DNA of 8,130 bases from a virus (IMGVR_UViG_2654587509_000003:1-8130); one strand, 5' to 3'. Shown: positions 1-6,919, counted from the stretch's first letter. Made by a program: numbers and translations. The notes: generated by a model not told the origin, from the sequence alone.

Positions 1-202
1 AAGCAGAAAAAGCTTATTATGCTTCCATCAGAAACGATGATCTGGCAGCCTGAGTTCACAGATAAAACACTCTCCAGGAAAACCGGGGCGGTTCAGTGTG
101 CATCGTTTTGATTATTCCCGCACACTCGCGCAGAAGGAATTCCCCGTCGGGCTACGGTCATGGTTAATGCGGGAATACGGCGACGATACAGCGCATAATG
201 TG

Positions 203-820
203 TCAGGCTTGAATACCTTTATCGAATCCCGGTAATAAAAACTGTCCCTGTCTCTCCAGACGTTCCAGCTTTGCAAGCAATTGAGGTTTTTTCGTTCTCC
301 CCCAGCGATTGAGCAGACGGCCTGACATGCTGGCGACATCCTTCTCTTTCATGTACTCCAGCATTACGGCGTTACGTTCTGCTTCATAACTTTCGCTGTA
401 CTTACGGAGTTCTGCTGACATCCAGTTAAACGCATTGATATAGGCTTCTTTAACAGCATCGGCTTTTGCCCCGTTAAATCCCATAACCAGCATAACGAAG
501 CCACTAAAGTCCATGCGGTAGTAAATCTGTTTCTTGTCAAAAATCCCTAAGTCATTGATTTTCTCGACGGCCCAAAAATGGGTTGTCGAGAATTCCTCAG
601 AACATCTCAAACATTTAATAGCCCTAATCACATGCTGATGGCGTTTACCAAATGCCCTGGCAATCTGGAAGGTGTCAGTTACCGGTTGACCTTCTGCTGC
701 GGTAACTAACTGGCGAAAGTCGAAGTCATGATTCGCAATTAATTCATTCATGGCGTTGCCTGCTTCTTTGAAATGAACCTTTGCCGCACAGGAAACCAGC
801 CCACCGAGGCTCGCCAGCAC
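203..820 (-). CDS. rha: Rha-family phage regulatory protein (antirepressor-like)
   Basis: 205-codon ORF. Motifs TDTFQIARAFGKRHQHVIRAIK and DFSGFVMLVMGFNGAKADAVKEAYINAFNWM match the conserved core of the phage Rha family as I recall it. Start is ambiguous: GTG at 820 with GAGGA upstream, or ATG at 751 (MNELIANHDF...). Confidence 0.7.
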   Translation of the reverse strand: MLASLGGLVSCAAKVHFKEAGNAMNELIANHDFDFRQLVTAAEGQPVTDTFQIARAFGKRHQHVIRAIKCLRCSEEFSTTHFWAVEKINDLGIFDKKQIYYRMDFSGFVMLVMGFNGAKADAVKEAYINAFNWMSAELRKYSESYEAERNAVMLEYMKEKDVASMSGRLLNRWGRTKKPQLLAKLERLERQGQFLLPGFDKGIQA

Positions 821-903
821 TAACTGGTATCCTCAAAGGCCCATTCCAAAGGGTCAGGTTCGGTGTTTATTGTGCGCTGCGGTGCGCGGTGAAATACCGG
901 TAC

Positions 904-932
904 AAAAATGCCCCGCATCTGCGAGGCATTTT
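904..932 (-). terminator. Intrinsic terminator-like hairpin downstream of Rz/Rz1
   Basis: aaaaatgcc-ccgc-atct-gcg-aggcatttt: about 8 bp stem plus 3 bp inner stem with a tetraloop, flanked by an A-run on one side and a T-run on the other (bidirectional-looking). Lies 38 nt past the Rz stop. Confidence 0.4.
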
Positions 933-969
933 CCTGAAAGTCACTTGTTAAATTTCAGTGAAATTAAAA

Positions 970-1407
970 TTATTTTAAGCACTGCGTCCTGATGTATTCC
1001 TGCAGGTAGTTAACCTGCGCGGTTATCTTGTCGATTCCACCTCGGAGACGGTAATAATTGAGTTCAGCATCTGCTGTAAGCCCTGGGCTTTCTCCATCGC
1101 CCATGCTGCTGGTTCCGGTCGTTGACTTTGCACAGGTGGCGGAGACTTGCAGGCGCTTACGACCAGCAGAAACATCGGCACGGAGACTTTCGATAGTCGC
1201 GTTAGCATCAGCAAGTTCCTTTGTATATCTTGCGTCGAGTTCTGCTACATCACGTTGACGCTTCTGCATATCAGCGATGATGGATGTGGCTTTATCGCGC
1301 TGCTCTTTGTAGGCGATGGCGTTATCACGGTAATGATTAACAGCCCATGACAGGCAGAGGATGATGCAAATAACCAGAGCGGAGATAATCGCGGTTACCC
1401 TGCTCAT
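970..1407 (-). CDS. Rz: Rz i-spanin (inner-membrane spanin subunit)
   Basis: N-terminus [30 protein letters not shown] closely resembles lambda Rz as recalled (N-terminal TM, then charged coiled-coil-like region). The ATG at 1407 overlaps the endolysin stop (ATGA). The track's start at 1419 is an upstream GTG extension. Confidence 0.85.
   Translation of the reverse strand: MSRVTAIISALVICIILCLSWAVNHYRDNAIAYKEQRDKATSIIADMQKRQRDVAELDARYTKELADANATIESLRADVSAGRKRLQVSATCAKSTTGTSSMGDGESPGLTADAELNYYRLRGGIDKITAQVNYLQEYIRTQCLK
1023..1214 (-). CDS. Rz1: Rz1 o-spanin lipoprotein, embedded out of frame within Rz
   Basis: 63-codon ORF in the +1 frame inside Rz. Signal peptide with lipobox (LLVVSAC) followed by a Pro-rich mature region ([16 protein letters not shown]), which is the classic embedded Rz1 architecture. 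Confidence 0.75.
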   Translation of the reverse strand: MLMLTRLSKVSVPMFLLVVSACKSPPPVQSQRPEPAAWAMEKAQGLQQMLNSIITVSEVESTR

Positions 1408-1901
1408 TGCTGCCCCCACAAACAGACTTCACGCTCAATATCACGACGGGTCATCAGCCCTTTCCATTGCTTACCGCCAGCGTATGTCCAGCGACGTAGC
1501 TGGTCACATGCGCCTTTGATATCACCCTGGTTTATTTTGCGAAGAAGCGTCGATGTTCTGAAATTACCAGCGCCCACGTTGTAAACGAACGAGTAAAGAG
1601 CGCCGCGCGTTGTTTCCGGTATATCGACTTTGATGTACGGGTTAATTTGTCTGGCGACCGTGGCAAGGTCTTTATTCAGGAGGGCTTTGCATTCTGCTTC
1701 GGTATACGTTTTACCGGGAATGATGTCTTTTCCGGTGTGTCCGTGACATACAGTCCATACGCCAACGATATCTTCGTATGGTATGTAGCTGACACCTTCC
1801 AGGCCATCGTCACCACTCGGACCAGTGATGAGCACAGACGCTATGGCAACAGCCCCACCACCAATAGCAGCAGCAACAGCCTTGCGTAATGATGGCGACA
1901 T
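1404..1901 (-). CDS. R: SAR endolysin (phage lysozyme, R21 / RrrD-like)
   Basis: 165 aa. N-terminal Gly/Ala-rich weakly hydrophobic signal-anchor-release segment ([20 protein letters not shown]), then a lysozyme core with E...D...T spacing ([24 protein letters not shown]). Near-identical to the DLP12/P21-type lysozyme as I recall it. AGGTG Shine-Dalgarno; start overlaps the holin stop (TAATG). Confidence 0.9.
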   Translation of the reverse strand: MSPSLRKAVAAAIGGGAVAIASVLITGPSGDDGLEGVSYIPYEDIVGVWTVCHGHTGKDIIPGKTYTEAECKALLNKDLATVARQINPYIKVDIPETTRGALYSFVYNVGAGNFRTSTLLRKINQGDIKGACDQLRRWTYAGGKQWKGLMTRRDIEREVCLWGQQ

Positions 1902-2116
1902 TATTCACCTCTCGCAGCCTTACGCTTATCTTCTTTAATCTTGAAATAAAGGTTTGTCAGATACGTCAGCAAGCCAAACACCAGGCTACCCAATACGCCT
2001 ATTGCCACCCACTGGGATGGGGAGACTTTGTCCAGCAACTGCAGTAGCCAGTATCCCGTCCCCACCGCTGACGTGGTGTATGACACACCTGTTGTGATTT
2101 TTTCCATCTGGTACAT
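1901..2116 (-). CDS. S: Class II pinholin (S21-like) with dual-start motif
   Basis: 71 aa, [71 protein letters not shown]. Two TM segments and a charged C-terminus. Met1-Tyr-Gln-Met4 gives the antiholin/holin dual start typical of S21. The track's start at 2161 is an unsupported N-terminal extension. Confidence 0.85.
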   Translation of the reverse strand: MYQMEKITTGVSYTTSAVGTGYWLLQLLDKVSPSQWVAIGVLGSLVFGLLTYLTNLYFKIKEDKRKAARGE

Positions 2117-2295
2117 ACCCCGTCTCCCGTTATCCGGAAGCTGACAACAATAAAAAGCCACCAGTTAATTCCTGATGGCCCTGATGCATAAACGTCATAA
2201 TACCTGACTGTTATGATTGACAATAATGATAATGTTTATATAGAAAGGTCCCCGATGTGTGTTACATATCATTTCTCCACGGGGAATATCCCCAC

Positions 2296-2346
2296 GCCAG
2301 CGCAGACTCTTTTACCCGTTCTCTTCTGCGCTGGCTCTTTTTTATT
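2296..2346 (+). terminator. Plus-strand intrinsic terminator (11-bp GC-rich stem, then TCTTTTTTATT)
   Basis: gccagcgcaga (2296-2306) pairs perfectly with tctgcgctggc (2325-2335) around an 18-nt loop, followed by tcttttttatt. The U-tract is only on the plus strand. A GGGGA-ata-TCCCC hairpin sits just upstream (2281-2293). Confidence 0.45.
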
Positions 2347-2524
2347 ATGCTGCTGCATTTACCTCTGGCACCAGGCTTTCTATCTCAACACAATACGTGG
2401 TACTTCTTGTAACCAATATCATAACGATTAATCGACATAGAATTTCTCCCGTGTACAGGAACAGAGTTAAAAAGCCGGAACCGGAATCAAATCACAGGAT
2501 GACCATCTGCCAGTGGCAGGTCAT

Positions 2525-2551
2525 AAAAAAAAGGCCGCGCCATGCGCAGCC
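2525..2551 (-). terminator. Strong minus-strand intrinsic terminator between the cargo gene and the holin
   Basis: Minus-strand RNA 5'-GGCUGCGC-AUG-GCGCGGCC-UUUUUUUU: 8-bp GC-rich stem with one G.U pair, 3-nt loop, then 8 U (plus-strand A-run 2525-2532). Confidence 0.55.
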
Positions 2552-2981
2552 AGAACTCACAAGGAAAATGATAGAAGGAAATAACATTAGTGATGTACGC
2601 ATGGCGCCTCCCGCTAAGTTCTGCAATGATCAAACAGAACTCGCTACGTGCCCTTAAAACTCGATCATTTAGCCCCTCCAAGGAGGATTCACCATGCGGT
2701 TGGTTTTTTAATAAACAGTAAACAAAAAAGTCAAGAATTATTCATTCTGTTCTTTCATCATCGGCCACAGCAATACCACAATGCCGCAGACCAGAGCGCC
2801 ATCAGTCAGTACCAACATTATCCTGCTGGTGAAATCCATCATCACCATCACTAAAAGCAGGATCACAACAGCAAGCAGACACAGTTTATAAAACAATGTT
2901 CAGAAAACGCATTCAGCATGCCTAAGGTTCTATTCCTACGAATAGCCAACTTGCAACTTAAAATATTATTTATGCAGCCAA

Positions 2982-3740
2982 TTAAATTCTGGTCCTTACA
3001 ATATCAACCTGAAGATTCTTATCTTGTGCTGATTGATAAATGACAAACCTTTTACTACCTGCATTGAAAGAAGTAGACAAAACCAGACAATTATCATAAC
3101 GAGCAAGAACATAATACCAACCATCATTATAATTAATCATTTCATATTCTTTCTTAAACTGCGGTTTGTAATATCCTGTCAGAAATGAAAAAAGCCAGAA
3201 ATATGCCACAAAAGCAATCATCACAATCTCAAAAAAATGTTTTTTTATAAATGGCTTATCATAGAAGCATGATACCGATAAAAATCGCCCATAAGATCTT
3301 ATCGAAATTGTAACCGCCAGCGCAATCGCTGCTGACAGTAGCAAAAGAGGTACCTGAATCTTCTGTCTCAATATAGAAAACTCAATAATTGCCGGCACAA
3401 ACAATAATTCCACAGCAAAATAAAGGCGAAATACATTTAGCTCTTGCATAGAATGTTTTCTTTTCACTGCGAAAAAGAATACAACACCAATACCCCAACC
3501 GATAAGAAATATAGCAATGACGATAACTGCAAAAAATAAACTTCTGGCAACATCATCAACACCTGCACCTACAATCCACCATGGGAAGCCGTAGTAAAAA
3601 GAAGTACCCCATCCATAGAAATAAGCACTCCCCCATCCAAGGCATCCCATGTAGGCAATAAAAAGTGAAGAACTCCTGAGCAGCGCACCATCCTTCATAA
3701 CCACCCCAATACAAGATGATAACATTGGCTTACAACTCAT
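2982..3740 (-). CDS. Hypothetical polytopic membrane protein, AT-rich cargo (moron) gene
   Basis: 252-codon ORF. The likely true start is ATG at 3698 (MKDGALL..., preceded by GGGGTGG); the ATG at 3740 has no Shine-Dalgarno. About 5-6 hydrophobic helices and a hydrophilic C-terminal tail of about 50 aa. Hand-counted GC of sample stretches is about 30-35%, against about 55% in rusA. No family recognised. Confidence 0.7.
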   Translation of the reverse strand: MSCKPMLSSCIGVVMKDGALLRSSSLFIAYMGCLGWGSAYFYGWGTSFYYGFPWWIVGAGVDDVARSLFFAVIVIAIFLIGWGIGVVFFFAVKRKHSMQELNVFRLYFAVELLFVPAIIEFSILRQKIQVPLLLLSAAIALAVTISIRSYGRFLSVSCFYDKPFIKKHFFEIVMIAFVAYFWLFSFLTGYYKPQFKKEYEMINYNDGWYYVLARYDNCLVLSTSFNAGSKRFVIYQSAQDKNLQVDIVRTRI

Positions 3741-3836
3741 AACAAAAGCAATTCAATGCCGTCAAGAGGTTACAGGCTAAAAAACTCTATTACATAGCAG
3801 CCAGCATGTTTACCGTACAAGTACAACTCAGGGCAT

Positions 3837-3860
3837 AAAAAAAACCCACTCGGCAGCGGG
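3837..3860 (-). terminator. Intrinsic terminator about 50 nt downstream of the Q stop (candidate tR')
   Basis: Minus-strand RNA 5'-CCCGCU-GCCG-AGUGGG-UUUUUUUU: 6-bp stem with one G.U pair, tetraloop, then 8 U (plus-strand A-run 3837-3844). Confidence 0.55.
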
Positions 3861-3908
3861 TTTATACATTTTTTACAACATACCAAATTTGCATGAAGTA
3901 TATGGCTT

Positions 3909-4598
3909 TTAATCCAGTTTTGCAATATTTTGCTGTAAAAATGCTGCCTTTTGTTTTGAACGTGTTCTCGTCACAAGCAATAAAGCATCACTATCAAGCT
4001 GTAGAAAAATGTGCTTCATTGCAACCCAGCGTTCAGTAAATGTCTCGGACCAGTTTTTTGTTGTCACTCCCACCAATGATGCCAGTGTCTGGTATTCATA
4101 GGCCTCACGCCCTGCAAGTTCGCTCTTCACATCCTGTGCAGCCAGCCAGATTAACGTCTTCAGGCGATCCAGTGTCTTACCTGCAATTTTTCTGTTACTT
4201 AACAAATCTTTAAACTCGCTCCATGCCCATTGCGTTATGGTGACCTGATGCCCCCATCGAACGCTTTCGCTGTAACACCAAAGCAACCATGCTTTCTGAT
4301 GTTCATCGAGAGACAAAACCGCGCGGCGCCATGAAGAGGTTGAGAATTCAACCGGGCTGACCAAAGCAATGGATGAACCTTTTGCGTACGACTGCTTACC
4401 GGAAGTCGGCGTATTATCCAGCGTAATCATCTTGCCAGTTACCACATCCAGAATGTGCGGCTTCTTTCGTTTGTATGTACCAGTATCAAATTGTGCATGC
4501 TCCTGCCAGGCTTCGAGCTGGCCTTTCGTTGCTCCGTTCAAGTCAGCAGTAGCTGCCATAAGTTGCTCACGAACATACTGTAAATATTGGGTATTCAT
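3909..4598 (-). CDS. Late-gene antitermination protein Q (QuuQ-like)
   Basis: 229 aa from ATG 4598 (MNTQYLQYVREQL...) with AAGGA 8 nt upstream. Sits between the rusA/ylcG block and the lysis genes, the canonical Q position, and resembles the E. coli Qin-prophage Q as I recall it. The track's longer ORF to 4682 overlaps ylcG and is an artefactual extension. Confidence 0.65.
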   Translation of the reverse strand: MNTQYLQYVREQLMAATADLNGATKGQLEAWQEHAQFDTGTYKRKKPHILDVVTGKMITLDNTPTSGKQSYAKGSSIALVSPVEFSTSSWRRAVLSLDEHQKAWLLWCYSESVRWGHQVTITQWAWSEFKDLLSNRKIAGKTLDRLKTLIWLAAQDVKSELAGREAYEYQTLASLVGVTTKNWSETFTERWVAMKHIFLQLDSDALLLVTRTRSKQKAAFLQQNIAKLD

Positions 4599-4612
4599 GC
4601 AGTAAATCCTTT

Positions 4613-4735
4613 CTATATTTTGGCATAATTCTTCAACATTCGGTAATCGTTCAAAACCGAATCGGGGAAACGACATAAGCACAGGAGCCCCCAGCGACAG
4701 CGAAGGAGTTCTGATATATAAGACTCAAACATCAT
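4613..4735 (-). CDS. ylcG: Small YlcG-like protein (40 aa)
   Basis: Translated by hand; not in the ORF track. [43 protein letters not shown] overlaps the rusA stop (ATGA). Resembles DLP12 YlcG in position and motif as recalled. Confidence 0.5.
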   Translation of the reverse strand: MMFESYISELLRCRWGLLCLCRFPDSVLNDYRMLKNYAKI

Positions 4736-5094
4736 TCATCTCCCAGTTCAGTGATGGTCAGTTCCAGCTTCCCACCTTTGGTAACAGGCATCTTCACAAC
4801 GCGGTAATCAACGACCAGCTCATCATCCAGCCAGAAACCTGCTTTAGTGAGTGCGTCAAAAGCGGCTTTTTGCAGATTATCCTGGTCACGGCGACGGCGA
4901 TCCGGCATGTGGCACTCAATGCGGATTTTCACAGGCATAGCCAGACCGATATCCAGCATTGAGCCTTTAATGATTCGGGCGACGTTATCACGGTATGCCT
5001 GCCCTTCTGCGCTGATGTGCGTGCGCCCGCGATTATGCCTGTAGTAGCGGTTATTGCTCGGCGGCCAGGGTAGTGTGATGTGGTAAGTATTCAC
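4732..5094 (-). CDS. rusA: RusA Holliday-junction resolvase
   Basis: [43 protein letters not shown]...[31 protein letters not shown] is near-identical to E. coli RusA as recalled. GTG start at 5094 overlaps the ybcO stop (GTGA). The track's start at 5157 is an extension. Confidence 0.9.
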   Translation of the reverse strand: MNTYHITLPWPPSNNRYYRHNRGRTHISAEGQAYRDNVARIIKGSMLDIGLAMPVKIRIECHMPDRRRRDQDNLQKAAFDALTKAGFWLDDELVVDYRVVKMPVTKGGKLELTITELGDE

Positions 5095-5381
5095 GCCTTG
5101 ATTACCCCCTCTTTCAGCCAGATAACCTGCGTTCTCGCCATACCTTCCAGCGAGCATTCTTTTGCGTACTCAGCATCGACAAAATGCGTGCGGCGGTCGA
5201 TTTCGTCGTGACAGGCAGAACAGGCAATGGTGGCAATAAGGTCTGGCGGTTTAATACCGGTACCGCACAATCCAGTCAGCCGGATATGTGCCAGTACAGA
5301 CGTTTCAGGGTTGCCATTACATACGCCAGGGATTCTTACCTGGCATTCCCGACCACGCGCTGCTTTTCTCAAATCAGCCAT
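5091..5381 (-). CDS. ybcO: YbcO-like DUF1364 protein (putative Zn-binding nuclease)
   Basis: [42 protein letters not shown]... with Cys/His clusters. Start ATG 5381 is preceded by AGGAGGA embedded in the ninE 3' end. The track's start at 5420 is an extension. Confidence 0.8.
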   Translation of the reverse strand: MADLRKAARGRECQVRIPGVCNGNPETSVLAHIRLTGLCGTGIKPPDLIATIACSACHDEIDRRTHFVDAEYAKECSLEGMARTQVIWLKEGVIKA

Positions 5382-5544
5382 GACTCCTCCTTGCTGCCAG
5401 TCGCAACCATTTTTTATCAACCAGGCTGGCGGTATATCCGAGCAGTGTTGGTATTTCGGAAGGCTTCAGCTCAGGTTTACGCTTACGACGATTTGGTACT
5501 CTGTAAATGTGCCCGTTCATGACACGAATAAGCGGTGTAGCCAT
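5374..5544 (-). CDS. ninE: NinE (56 aa)
   Basis: Translated by hand; below the ORF track's length cut-off. [59 protein letters not shown] overlaps the ybcN stop (TAATG) and the stop overlaps the ybcO start. Confidence 0.8.
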   Translation of the reverse strand: MATPLIRVMNGHIYRVPNRRKRKPELKPSEIPTLLGYTASLVDKKWLRLAARRSHG

Positions 5545-5999
5545 TACGCCTCCTGCTTGTCGCGCAGCAGCTGGAACTCGCAGCTCGGCGGAATAGTCAG
5601 GTGGCAGCCAATATTCATCGCCCAGGCTTCAACCTTACACAGGAAGACATACATCTCTCCGGTATCAAGATCGGAGGTATGGCGTAACGACTGGATAGTG
5701 GTGATATCACCGGTTACGACATCAACCAGGTCTTTGGTTTCATAACCGAGATATGTGTGTTTGAGAGCATCTTTTACCCAAGCTGGAGTGGCGAACGTTT
5801 TACCCCTGCTGATGAGGTATTCACTGATTTCGCTGTACCACATGTGGCTGAGTGCATTCTGGGAAAGACTGCGTCTCTCGCGCCACGGTTTAAGCACCAT
5901 GCGAAAGCATTTGCCTTCCTCCAGATAAGGCTGGATCTGCTGACCGATAGCAGTGAAGTTACCACGATGCAATTTGATGCCGTCTTGTGGGAGGTTCAC
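5544..5999 (-). CDS. ybcN: NinB-family recombination protein (YbcN-like)
   Basis: 151 aa. The [23 protein letters not shown] core resembles the lambda NinB / DLP12 YbcN family. GTG start at 5999 with GGAGG 7 nt upstream. Confidence 0.85.
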   Translation of the reverse strand: MNLPQDGIKLHRGNFTAIGQQIQPYLEEGKCFRMVLKPWRERRSLSQNALSHMWYSEISEYLISRGKTFATPAWVKDALKHTYLGYETKDLVDVVTGDITTIQSLRHTSDLDTGEMYVFLCKVEAWAMNIGCHLTIPPSCEFQLLRDKQEA

Positions 6000-6030
6000 G
6001 CTTCACCTCCGCAGAGGTCAAACGCTGGAT

Positions 6031-6132
6031 GCAAAAAATCGCAGGTGCATCTCTGCATCTGTGAAGGGAGAAGAGAGTTTGGATTGTATGTGCGCATAAA
6101 CGTCCCCGTTTAGCGCAGAAGTCACCGGAGTT
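6031..6132. repeat. Direct repeat copy A (~102 bp), immediately upstream of ybcN
   Basis: Aligned by eye to 7965-8066: 96 of 102 positions identical. Weaker similarity continues about 35 bp further right. Contains the TGCA-GNRA-TGCA mini-hairpin and a GGAG...CTCC hairpin. Confidence 0.85.
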
Positions 6133-6193
6133 GTTCAAGCTCCAATGGCATGATTATGGCTGGTTGATTATTGGAAATCAAATGTGCTGAAAA

Positions 6194-6703
6194 TTAGTCT
6201 GCCAAGTCTTCCTCAGTCGCAACTGGGTAATTCCAAATATCAAAAAAAGCTATAGCCTCCTGCCATTTGCTCCATAAGTTATCAAGTACTTGTGTAGGTT
6301 CCGTACTTTTAAAAACAGAATCAGCCGCATCACCGTTATGAACTTCCTCGTACAGTTCCATTATTAGCAGATTAACAAAGTACTGTTTCAACATTAATGC
6401 CTGATTACCTTCTTTCTGCTGGCTATCCTGCTTGATGATCTCCATCGCCCGTACTAGGCACCTGATGATATCCGCTGCATCATTAACGCTCCATTCAGAT
6501 CCGCGCTTATCTTTAGCTGATGAATTGGCTCTCTCAGCGCAAGCCTTTAAAGACTCATAAAGGTAAACTCTATTTTGTAGCTGCAGCGCTTTTTTTGACG
6601 TGTACCAACTTGCAAGCGCCGATCCCGCTGCGGCTAATGTGCCAAACGCAGAAATGCCTGCTGCTATTGCACTTAAGTCGGCACTGTCAAAGTTCCACAT
6701 CAT
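6194..6703 (-). CDS. Hypothetical membrane-anchored protein (169 aa), orphan
   Basis: ATG 6703 with AAGGTG 8 nt upstream. One N-terminal hydrophobic helix (LSAIAAGISAFGTLAAAGSALASWY), then a charged, probably helical soluble domain. GC about 36-38% by hand count. A terminator lies upstream (6879-6919) with an AT-rich promoter-like stretch between. Confidence 0.7.
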   Translation of the reverse strand: MMWNFDSADLSAIAAGISAFGTLAAAGSALASWYTSKKALQLQNRVYLYESLKACAERANSSAKDKRGSEWSVNDAADIIRCLVRAMEIIKQDSQQKEGNQALMLKQYFVNLLIMELYEEVHNGDAADSVFKSTEPTQVLDNLWSKWQEAIAFFDIWNYPVATEEDLAD

Positions 6704-6878
6704 CGTTACACCTTATATAAACACCCCTCAGTAATATCCAATAAGGTATGTGAACAATCAATATAATTTATATCCGTATCGGCACATAGCGATTTTAATG
6801 CTACTGATAATGGTATCTTTTAGATTATATCGTCCAGTTCCAGTACCCGTATTTTATGAAATGGACTCGCACATTACC

Positions 6879-6919
6879 AAAAAAAATGCCAGCACTTCCG
6901 TCATCGCAGAATGCTGGCA
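6879..6919 (-). terminator. Intrinsic terminator just downstream of the Bro-N-like gene
   Basis: tgccagca (6887-6894) pairs with tgctggca (6912-6919) as an 8-bp stem around a 17-nt loop; on the minus strand it is followed by 8 U (plus-strand A-run 6879-6886). Starts 20 nt past the gene's stop. Confidence 0.5.

Noticed and set aside
112-339. Minus-strand ORF 112-339 (75 aa)
   Set aside because: Overlaps the 3' end of the Rha-family gene in another frame, has no ribosome-binding site and is Cys/Arg-rich with no protein-like pattern.
1058-1350. Plus-strand ORFs 1058-1258 and 1147-1350
   Set aside because: Antisense shadow ORFs inside the well-supported Rz/Rz1 genes.
1647-1889. Plus-strand ORF 1647-1889
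   Set aside because: Antisense to the endolysin gene; no ribosome-binding site.
1999-2223. Minus-strand ORF 1999-2223, and the N-terminal extension of the holin to 2161
   Set aside because: The alternative frame overlaps the pinholin. The holin's real start is the MYQMEK dual-start motif at 2116, matching S21-type pinholins.
2497-2510. Small hairpins CTGCCA-g-TGGCAG (2497-2510) and the tandem TTCCGG-TTCCGG (about 2474-2487)
   Set aside because: Short, with no adjacent U-tract or recognisable binding-site context; not distinguishable from chance.
2259-2657. Plus-strand ORFs in the Q-to-holin leader region (2213-2431, 2259-2657) and minus-strand ORF 2487-2681
   Set aside because: No convincing ribosome-binding site. 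They run through terminator hairpins and a region better explained as promoter/leader/terminator sequence, and their translated products have no protein-like character.
2681-2711. Perfect Shine-Dalgarno (AGGAGG) plus ATG giving a 5-codon mini-ORF (MRLVF) on the plus strand
   Set aside because: It is on the strand opposite all local transcription I can infer. The same bases form a CCTCC/GGAGG inverted repeat, which is more likely an RNA/DNA structural element of the late leader. Too short to assess.
2648-2854. Plus-strand ORF ending in HHHHH-stop (catcatcaccatcac-taa at 2837-2854), superficially like an engineered His-tag
   Set aside because: No vector or linker context. The His codons are the reverse complement of the Met-rich start (ATGGTGATGATGG) of the minus-strand small hydrophobic ORF, which is the more plausible reading. 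Treated as coincidence.
4598-4682. Upstream in-frame extensions of Q (to 4682), rusA (to 5157), ybcO (to 5420) and Rz (to 1419)
   Set aside because: Each extension overlaps the preceding gene and lacks a ribosome-binding site. The internal starts have Shine-Dalgarno sequences and match the known N-termini of the families.
4369-6113. Plus-strand ORFs 4369-4605, 4847-5044, 5184-5522, 5227-5745 and 5757-6113, and minus-strand ORF 5774-5965
   Set aside because: All lie antisense to, or nested in alternative frames of, the recognisable Q, rusA, ybcO, ninE and ybcN genes. They are typical shadow ORFs in GC-rich coding DNA.
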